From Candidatus Eiseniibacteriota bacterium (lineage in GTDB: Bacteria > Joyebacterota > Joyebacteria > Joyebacterales > Joyebacteraceae): 48,730 bases of DNA. Each line of letters opens with the position of its first letter. Position 1 is the first letter of the stretch. The position numbers and the translations under genes are program-made. The stretch is from the NCBI GenBank assembly GCA_043819135.1, contig JBDRFG010000011.1, positions 1 to 48,730 of the forward strand. Direction: 5' to 3'. Below are positions 37,282-46,647 of this stretch, in pieces. The notes under the pieces are model-generated. The model was not told where the DNA came from, did not search any database, and saw nothing but the letters and a program-made list of their open reading frames with translations.

Positions 37282-37632
37282 CTATTCGGGCTGGAAGATC
37301 ATGACGGGGATCTGGTCCGGGTCGAAGAACATCGCCCACCAGCCTATCTTCGGGATCTGCATCTTGGGCATGGCGAGCTGGCCGCCCGCCGCGACGACCT
37401 TGCCGAGCGTCGCGTCGATATCGTCGACCTGGAAATACTGGGTCAGGGCGAACATCGGGGCTTCATCCGGCTTCTTCATCATGCCGCCGCCGGGCTCCTT
37501 GCCAGTGTCGATCATCGTGTAGTCCATCGAGGCATCGTGCTTGAACTTCCAGTCGAACAGCTTGCCGTAGAACTCCCTCGACTTCGCCACGTCGCTCACC
37601 ATGAACTCGAAGTGCACCAATGGATTCCCCAT
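37282..37632 (-). CDS. VOC/glyoxalase family protein
   Basis: GNPLVHFE...FYGKLFDW...YFQVDDID...FFDPD. Confidence 0.88.
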   Translation of the reverse strand: MGNPLVHFEFMVSDVAKSREFYGKLFDWKFKHDASMDYTMIDTGKEPGGGMMKKPDEAPMFALTQYFQVDDIDATLGKVVAAGGQLAMPKMQIPKIGWWAMFFDPDQIPVMIFQPE

Positions 37633-37684
37633 CTCCATCTCCTTTCGGGCTCACTGCCCTGGCTTCGCTCGCCCCTTCTCGCGC

Positions 37685-38104
37685 CTACCCGGCGCCCGAC
37701 TGACGTTCATATCTTCTGACGGCCATTGCGTGCGCCGGTTTCATCCCGAACTGCGAATAGAACGATTCCGTTCGTGGGTCACAGACGAGGTCGACCATGT
37801 GAAGCTTGTCCAGCTTCGCCATCGCGCGGCGCAGGAGGCTGCTTCCGAGTCCCCGTCTCCTGTGCGACTCCGCCACTGCAAGGTGTGAGAGATAACCACG
37901 GCTGCCGTCGTGACCGCAAAGGATGGTTCCGACAACGCTCTCACCGTCAATGGCGACGATGCGCAGTCCGGGGTTGCACGACAAGAACTTGTCCACCCCG
38001 TCCCGCGTATCGGCCTCCGTCACGTCTACCACCGGGGCATCGTGCCAGAGCGCGATCACATCGAAGTAATCGTCGATCGTCATCTCCCGGATGGCAACGC
38101 TCAT
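37685..38104 (-). CDS. GNAT N-acetyltransferase (YpeA-like)
   Basis: LCGHDGSRGYLSHLAV...HRRRGLG. ATG overlaps the upstream stop. Confidence 0.82.
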   Translation of the reverse strand: MSVAIREMTIDDYFDVIALWHDAPVVDVTEADTRDGVDKFLSCNPGLRIVAIDGESVVGTILCGHDGSRGYLSHLAVAESHRRRGLGSSLLRRAMAKLDKLHMVDLVCDPRTESFYSQFGMKPAHAMAVRRYERQSGAG

Positions 38105-38568
38105 GCGCAGCCTCCGGAGAAGCGCTTGACCAGGTTCGGAAGCACGATCTCGAGCCACGCGCTCTCGAAGTACGCGAAGGCCTCGTCCCACTCGCCGCCT
38201 TCGCCCCATCCGTCGTGCGCGAGGGTCAACCTCGTGCGGCCACCCCCTGCCTCGCCGAACCTGAGCACCACGTGCGTCCACTGGCCCCGGGCCTCAGGAA
38301 GGTGCGGGGGAGCGTTCCACGTGAACGACAGCATCTTCTCGGGTTGTATCGCCAGGAATCGCACGCCTTCGCCGCCGCGCCGTCCGGGTTCGCCGTCCAG
38401 GAGGAAGAACATCTCGAACGGCCCGTCCACGCGGAGTTCGATGTTGCAGTCGGGCGCGAAGAACGATTTGATGCCCTGCCTTGTCGTCCACGCCGCCCAC
38501 ACCTCGGCGACGGGGGCGTCGACGATCACTTCTCCACGAATGGTCCTGGCAGCGTTCGGCTCTGGCAT
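38101..38568 (-). CDS. SRPBCC/AHSA1 domain protein
   Basis: IVDAPVAEVWAAWTT...LSFTW...TRLTLAHDGW...AW. Confidence 0.85.
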   Translation of the reverse strand: MPEPNAARTIRGEVIVDAPVAEVWAAWTTRQGIKSFFAPDCNIELRVDGPFEMFFLLDGEPGRRGGEGVRFLAIQPEKMLSFTWNAPPHLPEARGQWTHVVLRFGEAGGGRTRLTLAHDGWGEGGEWDEAFAYFESAWLEIVLPNLVKRFSGGCA

Positions 38569-38612
38569 CTCACGTGCCCCGTTGAAGCGCCTGCCGCGAA
38601 CGGCTCGCCCGC

Positions 38613-40739
38613 CTAGAAGTCCATCCCGAGCTGTCCGAACAGGAACGAGTAGTAATCCACGTACTGGTCGAGGATCATGCTCATCGTGCTTCCCATGCCG
38701 TGTCCGGCCGCCCGTTCGAATTCCAGCAGTATCGGACGGTCTGACCCGGTCTCCGCCTGGAGTCTCGCGGTCATCTTCATGGCGTGTGACGGATGAACGC
38801 GAGAGTCTGACTCAGCCGTGGTGATGAACATGGCAGGGTACTCAACGCCGCTCTCGATGTGGTGATAGGGCGAGTAGGCATAGAGCCACTCGAACTGCTC
38901 CGGGTCGCCCGGGTGGCCGTACTCGGTGGTCCACATGGTGGCCCCGTAGAAGTGGTGGAACCGCACCATGTCCAGGAGCGGCACATCGCATATGGCGGCG
39001 CGTGCCAGATCGGGTCGCTGCGTAACGAACGCGCCGATCAGGAGTCCACCGTTGCTCCCGCCCCACACGGCCAGCTTCTCGGGACTCGTGTAGCCGCTGT
39101 CGATCAGCCACTCGGCGGCCGCGATGAAATCGTCGAAGGAATTCTGCTTGTTCCCGAGCATGCCGTCCCGGTGCCAGGCGTCGCCGTACTCGCCTCCACC
39201 CCTCAGGTTGGCCTCGGCATAGACGCCGCCGCGGTCCATCCAGAGGAACTTGTTTCGGGTGAAACTCGGCGTCGACGACGAATTGAATCCTCCGTACCCT
39301 GTGAGTATGGTGGGATTCGTGCCGTCAAGCTCGATGTCCTTCCGGTGGACGAGAAACATCGGTACGTTCGTGCCGTCTGCGGACGTGAACCAGACCTGCT
39401 TCGCGACGTAGGGCTCGCGGTCTATCGGAGCCTCCACCGTTTTGAAAAGCGTCAGCTTCTCCGCGTGCACGTCGTAGTGGTAGCTGGTCGGAGGGATGAG
39501 AAAGGAACTCAGGCCGAGGAGGATCTCGGGCTCTCGCCAGTCGCAGGTCCAATCATACAAGGAACAGACCTCCGGTAGCGGCACGTCGTGCAGAAACTCA
39601 CCGTCCGCCGTGAACACCTTGATGACCGTCTTCGCGTCCTCGAGGTACTGCAAGAGGAGGCGGTCACCGGCGACCAGGAACGTCTGCAGTGCGTGCTCGC
39701 TCTCCGGGACGAGATCGGCCCAGTTGTCCGCGGAGGGGTTCTCGAGGTCGACCTTGACCATGCGCCAGTTGGGCGCGTCCAGGGTCGTCATCATGTAGAA
39801 CTCGTCGTTGTAGGGGAGGCCGGTCACGCGTCCGTCCAGCCCTTCGGCGATGGGAACGAAATCACCATCTGCCAGCAGGTCCTTCACGTACAGGTCGTTC
39901 TGCGTGTAGCCCATGAACACGTATATGAGCAACCAGCGGTCGTTGGTCGACAGCGACACGCCCGTCCATGCGTACATGTCTTCATGTTCGTAGATGAGCG
40001 GGTCGTCGACCGCGTCGGTTCCGAGTTCGTGATAGTAGATCCTTCGATGGAAGTACAGCTCGTCGTCCGGCACTTCTCCGGGAGCGGGGAAGCGCGAGTA
40101 GTAGAAGCCCTCGCTCCCGCTTCGCCACACGAGGCTGGCGGCCCTGGTGTGAGGGATCCGGTCGGGTAGAAGTTCACCGGTTGTGACGTCCGTGACGTGG
40201 AGCACGCTGGACTCGCTTCCGTCCTCGGAGAGGCCGTACGCCAGGAGATCTCCCTCGGCAGACGGGTACCACCAGTCCAGCCCCACGTTCTTCTCGCCAC
40301 TCAGGACGTCCGGGTCGATGAGGACCCTCGGCTCGCCCTCGAGACCGTTCTGGACGTAGAGCACGGACTGCTCGTTCTCGGGGTCCCGGCGCATGAAGAA
40401 GACGTGCTCGCCGCGCTTGGACATCTCTCCCAGACTTGGGATCTGGAAGATCTCGTCGAGCCGGGCTCGTATCGCTTCGCGGTCGGGGTTCTCTCCGAGC
40501 ACGTCATTCGTGTAGGCGAGCTGCGATTCGATCCAGGCCTGAGCTTCATCGGATTCGAAATCTTCGAGCCAGCGATACGGGTCCTCGATGACGCGTCCGT
40601 GGACCGTGTCGGCGACGACGGCGATCCTGGTAGCCGGCGGGTTCGGGGCCGTCGCGCAACTGCATGTGATGGACAGGGTCACGACCGCCAGCAACGTCAC
40701 CACGGCCGTGGGCCGGGCCCACGGTTGAAGGAGCTTCAT
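38613..40739 (-). CDS. Prolyl oligopeptidase (S9A), probably exported or lipoprotein
   Basis: DPYRWLE, GYGGF, GGSNGG (Ser), DSRV (Asp) and AGHG (His). Hydrophobic N-terminus with Cys residues. Confidence 0.93.
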   Translation of the reverse strand: MKLLQPWARPTAVVTLLAVVTLSITCSCATAPNPPATRIAVVADTVHGRVIEDPYRWLEDFESDEAQAWIESQLAYTNDVLGENPDREAIRARLDEIFQIPSLGEMSKRGEHVFFMRRDPENEQSVLYVQNGLEGEPRVLIDPDVLSGEKNVGLDWWYPSAEGDLLAYGLSEDGSESSVLHVTDVTTGELLPDRIPHTRAASLVWRSGSEGFYYSRFPAPGEVPDDELYFHRRIYYHELGTDAVDDPLIYEHEDMYAWTGVSLSTNDRWLLIYVFMGYTQNDLYVKDLLADGDFVPIAEGLDGRVTGLPYNDEFYMMTTLDAPNWRMVKVDLENPSADNWADLVPESEHALQTFLVAGDRLLLQYLEDAKTVIKVFTADGEFLHDVPLPEVCSLYDWTCDWREPEILLGLSSFLIPPTSYHYDVHAEKLTLFKTVEAPIDREPYVAKQVWFTSADGTNVPMFLVHRKDIELDGTNPTILTGYGGFNSSSTPSFTRNKFLWMDRGGVYAEANLRGGGEYGDAWHRDGMLGNKQNSFDDFIAAAEWLIDSGYTSPEKLAVWGGSNGGLLIGAFVTQRPDLARAAICDVPLLDMVRFHHFYGATMWTTEYGHPGDPEQFEWLYAYSPYHHIESGVEYPAMFITTAESDSRVHPSHAMKMTARLQAETGSDRPILLEFERAAGHGMGSTMSMILDQYVDYYSFLFGQLGMDF

Positions 40740-40758
40740 TCCGGGATCTCCCATGGGG

Positions 40759-42915
40759 TCAGAGGCCGATGAGACTTCCAATCTGATAGACACCGAAGCT
40801 GGCGAGCCAGGCCAACACAAGCTGGTACCCGACTGAGAATGCCATCCACTTCGCGCCTATCTCTCTCTTGATCGCTATCACCGCGACTATACACGGCGTG
40901 TAGAGAAGAATGAAGAGCATGAACGCGAACCCGCCGAGCGGCGTGATGCCACTGGATGGGTCTCTGAGGGTGGCCGGCAGCGAGTGCTTACCGTTGGATG
41001 TCACCGCCTCCGCGTGGTAGAGGACGCCCAGCGTGGAGACCACCACTTCCTTGGCTACGAACCCGGTGATCAGACTGACGCCCATCTCCCAGGAGAAACC
41101 GAGCGGCCTCACCGCCGGGTAGATGGCTTTCCCGGCCCTGCCGATGTAGGAGTCCTCGACGAGCGTGGCCGCGAGTTCCGTCTCGAGCGCGTCCGCAGCC
41201 GCGATCTCCTCCACCGTGCCGGAGGTGCGCAGTGATGCGATGTCACCCTCGTAGGTCTCGATCACTCCCTGGTCCCTGGGGAAGGCGCCGAGGAACCACA
41301 GGATGATGGACGCGACGAGAATGACCCCGCCCATCTTCTTCAGATAGATGCGGGCGCGTTCCCACATGTGAATGAGAAGCCCCTTCGCTGTCGGCAACCT
41401 GTAGGGGGGGAGTTCCATCACGAACGGCGCCGGACTGCTTCTGAACAGGGTCTTCGCGAAGAGCCTGCCCATGAGCATGGCGGCCACGATGCCGATGACG
41501 TATATGAAGAAGACGACGGAGCCCGCCCGCTCGGCGAAGAAGGCGCCCGCCACCAGCACGTAGACCGGCAGCCGCGCGCTACACGACATCAACGGCACCA
41601 GCAGCGTGGTCATTACGCGGTCTCGACGCGACTCGAGCGTCCGGGTCGCCATGATCGCCGGCACGCTGCACCCGAATCCCATCAGCATGGGGATGAACGA
41701 TTTACCGTGTAGCCCCAGCGCGTGCATCAGCTTGTCCATGAGGAACGCGGCCCGCGCCATGTAACCCGAGTCCTCGAGGAATGAGATCCCCAGAAAGACG
41801 ATCATGATGTTCGGAAGGAAGACCATGACCGAGCCGACGCCACCGACCACGCCGTTTACCACAAGGTCGGCAAGGAGGGATTCCGGCAGCGCGGCGTCGA
41901 GTGTTCCGGCGAGCCATGAGACCGCGGATTCCAGCCATCCCTGAGGGTACGCGCCCAACTGAAACGTCAGCTGGAAGAGGATCCATATCAGCGCCAGAAA
42001 GATGGGGTATCCGAGGAAGCGGTTCGTGAAAACGTTGTCGATGCGACGCGACAGCTCCATGCGGTCCGTCCGGGGAAGCGCCAACGACTCCTTGAGCGCG
42101 CCCTCGATGTAGCCGCTTCTGCCCTCCGAGATCACCTCTTCGGGATCGGCGCCGGTCGCCACTTCGATGTGCCTGACGGCCCGTGCGACAGCTTCGCGCA
42201 GTCGCGACGATGTGTCGGCAGACGTGCCACCACCTTCCGTCGTCATCTGGAGGATCTCTCGGTCGCCCTCGAGCATTTTGATGGCCGCCCACCGGAGCGG
42301 GTAGCCGTGAGTGGAGACGCCGTTCTCCTCGAGCAGATCTACCAGCTCGACAAGAACATCGTTGACGTGCGGGCCGTAGGAGATGGGCACGTGGCGGTGG
42401 TGTTCCTCCCTGTCCTCTACCAGGTCGACCGCCGCGTCCAGGAGCGCCTCGATGCCTTCGCTCCTGTGCCCGACGGTCGGAACGACCGGGGCGCCCAGGA
42501 GCACGTGTATTCTCTCGAGGTCGAGCTCGGCTTCGGAGTCCAGAAACTCGTCCCACATGTTGAGGTCGACGACGAGGTCAACGTCGAGCTCCATGAGTTG
42601 AACGGTAAGATAGAGGTTTCTGGCCAGATTCCCTGCGTCGACAACGTGTATGACGACGTCGGGCTTGTTCTCGACGAGGTAGCTGCGGACGACCCGCTCC
42701 TCCACGGAGTAGGCAGTGAGGCTGTACGTGCCCGGCAGGTCCACCACCTCAATGTCATAGCCTCGGTGCTTGAGGTGGCCGACCTTCTTCTCGACAGTGA
42801 CACCCGGCCAGTTTCCCACCTGCTGCCGGGCGCCCGTCATGCCGTTGAATATGGAGGTCTTCCCCGAGTTGGGGTTGCCCGCGAGGGCTATCGTGAACGA
42901 TTTCTTGTCCGCCAT
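40759..42915 (-). CDS. feoB: Ferrous iron transporter B
   Basis: GNPNSGKT, GNWPGVTVE, DLPGTYS, GFGCSVPA and SCSARLP motifs. Confidence 0.96.
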   Translation of the reverse strand: MADKKSFTIALAGNPNSGKTSIFNGMTGARQQVGNWPGVTVEKKVGHLKHRGYDIEVVDLPGTYSLTAYSVEERVVRSYLVENKPDVVIHVVDAGNLARNLYLTVQLMELDVDLVVDLNMWDEFLDSEAELDLERIHVLLGAPVVPTVGHRSEGIEALLDAAVDLVEDREEHHRHVPISYGPHVNDVLVELVDLLEENGVSTHGYPLRWAAIKMLEGDREILQMTTEGGGTSADTSSRLREAVARAVRHIEVATGADPEEVISEGRSGYIEGALKESLALPRTDRMELSRRIDNVFTNRFLGYPIFLALIWILFQLTFQLGAYPQGWLESAVSWLAGTLDAALPESLLADLVVNGVVGGVGSVMVFLPNIMIVFLGISFLEDSGYMARAAFLMDKLMHALGLHGKSFIPMLMGFGCSVPAIMATRTLESRRDRVMTTLLVPLMSCSARLPVYVLVAGAFFAERAGSVVFFIYVIGIVAAMLMGRLFAKTLFRSSPAPFVMELPPYRLPTAKGLLIHMWERARIYLKKMGGVILVASIILWFLGAFPRDQGVIETYEGDIASLRTSGTVEEIAAADALETELAATLVEDSYIGRAGKAIYPAVRPLGFSWEMGVSLITGFVAKEVVVSTLGVLYHAEAVTSNGKHSLPATLRDPSSGITPLGGFAFMLFILLYTPCIVAVIAIKREIGAKWMAFSVGYQLVLAWLASFGVYQIGSLIGL

Positions 42916-43235
42916 GCTCTTCCGCGTCCGAGCCCCCTGCCGAGACGTCTGCCACGTCCTACGTCGTCCTGCTTGCGACAGAATGGTGGGGGAGTGACTT
43001 GTTGAACGATTATCTCCACGGCTTCCTGTATTCTCAAGGTCACGTGCGTGCCCCCGATGCAGTACTCGATGGGGTCGCCGAACGGGGCGAGCTTGATGAC
43101 CCGGACCAGGGCTCCCTTGGTGAAGCCCATGTCCAGGAGCCTCCTCCGAAACGCACCTTCGCCCTCAACGTCGACGATCATTGCGGCGCTGCCGGGACTC
43201 AGGGTCGAGAGAGAGACGTTGGGGCTAGCAGTCAT
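42888..43235 (-). CDS. feoA: Ferrous iron transport protein A
   Basis: RRRLLDMGF...APFGDPI...LR motif, with a Gly/Arg-rich tail. The start is inferred from a GGGAG RBS. Confidence 0.88.
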   Translation of the reverse strand: MTASPNVSLSTLSPGSAAMIVDVEGEGAFRRRLLDMGFTKGALVRVIKLAPFGDPIEYCIGGTHVTLRIQEAVEIIVQQVTPPPFCRKQDDVGRGRRLGRGLGRGRAWRTRNRSR

Positions 43236-43419
43236 CGCACGTGCTCCCGCATTCATCGAGGTGAGGCCGGTCCTGCATTCCACACTTGCTGTCGAACGGG
43301 CAACCGGCGCAGGAGGGCGGTCTGGACGGGTCGTTCGCTCGCGCAATGGACCGCCACACGATCCTGACGAGGACGGTGACGGCTACGACCAGTATCACTC
43401 CGAGCACGACCTTCTCCAC
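43225..43419 (-). CDS. FeoB-associated Cys-rich membrane protein
   Basis: 64 aa with one TM helix followed by SCAGCP...C...C...C..C, located in the feo operon. Confidence 0.8.
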   Translation of the reverse strand: MEKVVLGVILVVAVTVLVRIVWRSIARANDPSRPPSCAGCPFDSKCGMQDRPHLDECGSTCDDC

Positions 43420-43422
43420 AAC

Positions 43423-43896
43423 CTACCTGCCTTCCTGCCTGTCCGCAGGCCTGTCCTTATCGTTCGAGCACGCGCAGTCATCGCCCGAGCACGCGCACGC
43501 ATTGTCCGAGCACCCGGGGCCATCATCCGAGCACTGACGGTCCAGGAACTCCACGAGCCTTGCTCGCGTGTCCTCCGAGAGGCCGTGCTCCATTCTGCAC
43601 GCCTCGGAATCGGCCGTTTCCGGGTCCACACCCAGAACGTCGTGCAGGAATCGGAATATGATCTTATGCGTTCGATACACGGATTCCGCACGCTTCCTGC
43701 CGCTTTCGGTCAGGAGGATCTTGCCGTACCGCTCCTGCCGGACCAGACCCGCGTCCCTGAGCCTCACTACGGCCGATCGCGCTGTCGGAATCGTAACACT
43801 CCGCTCCGCAGCCACTTGCGAGACACCGACGGTGTCGTTCGCTAGCGACAGGACGTATATGGTCTCCAGATAGTCTGCTGTACGCGGTGTAAGCAT
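43423..43896 (-). CDS. DtxR/MntR family metal-dependent repressor with Cys-rich tail
   Basis: DYLETIY, HTH region, HKIIFRFL and EACRMEH metal site. Confidence 0.92.
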   Translation of the reverse strand: MLTPRTADYLETIYVLSLANDTVGVSQVAAERSVTIPTARSAVVRLRDAGLVRQERYGKILLTESGRKRAESVYRTHKIIFRFLHDVLGVDPETADSEACRMEHGLSEDTRARLVEFLDRQCSDDGPGCSDNACACSGDDCACSNDKDRPADRQEGR

Positions 43897-43908
43897 GATT
43901 CCTCTCAC

Positions 43909-43930
43909 AAAGTAAGCCTATTCTTACTTT
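43909..43930. promoter_or_regulatory. Palindromic operator, probable binding site of the DtxR-family repressor
   Basis: AAAGTAAG-cctatt-CTTACTTT is a perfect 8-bp inverted repeat overlapping the -10 element. Confidence 0.75.
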
Positions 43931-43954
43931 AGCACGGAGTGAGCCAGAAGTCAA
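43926..43954 (-). promoter_or_regulatory. Sigma-70 promoter of the regulator-feo operon
   Basis: Minus strand TTGACT-17 nt-TAAAGT with extended -10 TG. Confidence 0.7.
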
Positions 43955-44022
43955 GAAATACGCGGCGAAATGCACCGCCGCGTGTCCACTGCCGTCTGTC
44001 GGCTGGTAGCCCAGCCCGCGGG

Positions 44023-45267
44023 TTATTTGTAGAGAGCCTTGATCCCGCCCCAGGTAGCCGGTTCCACGGCGGGAGCTACGCAGCCCTCCGTGTGGGCGCC
44101 TATGAGTTCCACGTGCGGGTTCCACGCCGGGAGACACGGGGAGGTGGACATGAGCGTCAGGTCGCCGCTCTCCAGGCCGCAGAAGAGGGGATCCTCGTGG
44201 ATGATGTTCGTGGCCGTTCCACAGAGTTCATCGCCGCCGAAGTTCGCGTGCACGCAGCAGACATCGAACGTGGGGTCGCCGGTCGCGTCACAGGCGATGG
44301 CATCGCCACGGACTTCGGCAGTGAACGCCACTATCGTGTTGATGAAGGAGGGGGTGGAGCCCTCCAGCACGTAGATCGAGCCACCTTCGGACTGCGCGCT
44401 GTTCCTCGCCATCGTGACTCCGGCGAACAGTGGCGCCGCGAAGCCGCGGCAGCTGACCGCTCCGCCACCGCCCGTGGCCGTGTTGCTGAAGAACGTCGAG
44501 TTCGTGACGACCGTGTCCGACCGCCAAACGCTGAACCCGCCTCCCTGCGTCGCGGCCGCATTGCCCTCGAACCACGAGCGAGTGACGATCGCGTCGGAAT
44601 TCAGATTGCAGTGCATCCCGCCGCCCATACCCACGGCGCTCTCGTTGTTGACGAAGGTGCAGTCGGAGAGGAGTGGTCCGCTGTTCATGCCGCAGTAGAC
44701 GCCGCCGCCGTTCTGGCCCGCGATGTTCGAGTTGAACGTGCAGTGACGAAACACGGGATTGGCGCTTCCCGTCGAGGAGTTGATATAGACGCCGCCACCG
44801 TGGAGGCCGTAGTTGTATTCGACCATGAGATTGACGAACTTAGGGCTGGGTGAATTTGCGACCCCGTCGACAGTGATCGCGCCTCCTCCCGAGTCGGTCG
44901 CACCGACGATCGCTCCGTTCCTCAGTGTGAATCCGTCAACGACACAGGTCGTGTCCTGGCCGCCGTCGAAAAACTTCAGCAGGCGGTGTCCCGGACCCGA
45001 AGTGTTGTTGAGAATCGTCGTCTCCGCGCCATCTCTGCTTCTCAGCACGAGGTTTTTCGTGCCGAACACGATGTCGCGGTCACCTGTGCTCGTGTACGTT
45101 CCGGGATAGACGAGAACTGTGTCGCCGTCGGCGGCCGCGTCGACTCCCGCCTGGACGTTCTCGTAGTCGCCTCCTCCGGCGTGGTCGACGACGACGGGCG
45201 CGGCCTGAGAGCGAAGTGCGGCGAACACACAGAGCAGTGCAACCACGGAGACCGTGCGCAATCTCAC
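44023..45267 (-). CDS. Secreted right-handed parallel beta-helix repeat protein, copy 1
   Basis: Signal peptide, GDTVLVYPGTY, repeated FxxN...GGG(A/V) units, DPLFC...SPCLP, and C-terminal TWGGIKALYK. Start is GTG 45267 or TTG 45285. Confidence 0.82.
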   Translation of the reverse strand: MRLRTVSVVALLCVFAALRSQAAPVVVDHAGGGDYENVQAGVDAAADGDTVLVYPGTYTSTGDRDIVFGTKNLVLRSRDGAETTILNNTSGPGHRLLKFFDGGQDTTCVVDGFTLRNGAIVGATDSGGGAITVDGVANSPSPKFVNLMVEYNYGLHGGGVYINSSTGSANPVFRHCTFNSNIAGQNGGGVYCGMNSGPLLSDCTFVNNESAVGMGGGMHCNLNSDAIVTRSWFEGNAAATQGGGFSVWRSDTVVTNSTFFSNTATGGGGAVSCRGFAAPLFAGVTMARNSAQSEGGSIYVLEGSTPSFINTIVAFTAEVRGDAIACDATGDPTFDVCCVHANFGGDELCGTATNIIHEDPLFCGLESGDLTLMSTSPCLPAWNPHVELIGAHTEGCVAPAVEPATWGGIKALYK

Positions 45268-45327
45268 CCTCTTCTTCCGCGGCAACCTGCAGTTGTCCGC
45301 GTCATGTCGGTCGCCCTGCGAGCTTGT

Positions 45328-46596
45328 CTACCTGTGCAGGGCCTTGATGCGGCCCCAGCTCGTCGCCTCAACGGCCGGATTGGAGCAACCCTCGCCCCAG
45401 GCGCCGAGCGTAGCGCTCCATGGGTTGCCGGCGGGGAGGCACGGCGAGTCGCCGGCGAGCGTCAGGTCGTCCGTCAGCATGTCACAGTAGCGCGGGTGCT
45501 CGCTGATGACGTGGCCGCCGCCGGGCTCGCTGCCGCAGAGGCCGTCGCCACCCTCGTTGCCGTATGAGCAGACCTGAAGCAGGTCTATGTAGCTGGTTGC
45601 GTCGCAGTAGACGGCGAGCCCGCGGTCGGAGGCCGGGGGCCCCATCGACCCACCAAGAGCGCTCCATCCCGTGTGAGAGAAGACGCACTGGCGTATCACG
45701 GGTGTGGAGTTCTGACAGTAGAGAGCCCCGCCGTTGCCGTCCGCAGAATTGGCGAAGAAGGTCGAGGCGATGATGTACGGGCTCGAGTTATAGCAGAAGA
45801 GGGCTCCGCCGACGCCACTGTGGTTTCGCGCGAAGGTCACAAGCGTCAGCGTGGCCCCGGAGTTATACAAGTTGAGCGCACCTGCCCCGTTCGTGGCTGT
45901 GTTGCCTGTGAACGTCACGCGCCTGAAGGACGCCGCGGTCGTGCTGGTCATGTTGATCGCCCCACCAAACCCCCCGGAATCCACGGAGTTGTTCTCGAAG
46001 ATGACGTCATAGAACGAGGGTGCATACGCGGATTCGCAGCGGATCGCGCCACCCCCCCAGTTGCCGGCCGCGTGGCAGTTCTCGAAACGTACGTGGCGGA
46101 GGACAGGCGAGCTTACGGAGAGCATGTAGATCCCGCCGCCCGGCCGGTCCGTCGAGTCGCAGTTCGAGAAGATCATGTTGATGAACTTGGGGCTCGCGAA
46201 CGTCATGTAGACGGCCGCGCCCGACCCGCCGTGGGTTTCGTCCGTGAGGCAGTTGGTGACCGTGAATCCGTCGATCACGCAGCTCGTGTCCTGGCCGCTG
46301 GAGATGAACTGGAACGCGCGGTTCCCCAGCACGTTCTCGAGGTCGATGGTCGTGAGCTCGGCCCCGGCGTCGCTCCTCAGAACGATGTTCTTGGTTCCGA
46401 AGTCGAGGTTCCGGTTCCCGGCGCCCGTGTAGGTTCCCTGCATCACGAGCACCGTTTCACCCTCTGCTGCGGCAGTTACACCCTCCTGAATCGTCAGGTA
46501 GTCGTCTCCACCGCCTTGGTTGACGACGATCGCCGCCGGGGCGCTGGACACGAGGACAACACAGAGCAGAGACACAGCGAGTATCGACCGGAGCAT
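45328..46596 (-). CDS. Secreted right-handed parallel beta-helix repeat protein, copy 2
   Basis: AGGAGG RBS, signal peptide, the same architecture as copy 1, and C-terminal SWGRIKALHR. Confidence 0.82.
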   Translation of the reverse strand: MLRSILAVSLLCVVLVSSAPAAIVVNQGGGDDYLTIQEGVTAAAEGETVLVMQGTYTGAGNRNLDFGTKNIVLRSDAGAELTTIDLENVLGNRAFQFISSGQDTSCVIDGFTVTNCLTDETHGGSGAAVYMTFASPKFINMIFSNCDSTDRPGGGIYMLSVSSPVLRHVRFENCHAAGNWGGGAIRCESAYAPSFYDVIFENNSVDSGGFGGAINMTSTTAASFRRVTFTGNTATNGAGALNLYNSGATLTLVTFARNHSGVGGALFCYNSSPYIIASTFFANSADGNGGALYCQNSTPVIRQCVFSHTGWSALGGSMGPPASDRGLAVYCDATSYIDLLQVCSYGNEGGDGLCGSEPGGGHVISEHPRYCDMLTDDLTLAGDSPCLPAGNPWSATLGAWGEGCSNPAVEATSWGRIKALHR

Positions 46597-46647
46597 CGTC
46601 ACCCTCCTAATCTGGAAGACATCTGCCGTTCCCAAACAGCCCACTCA

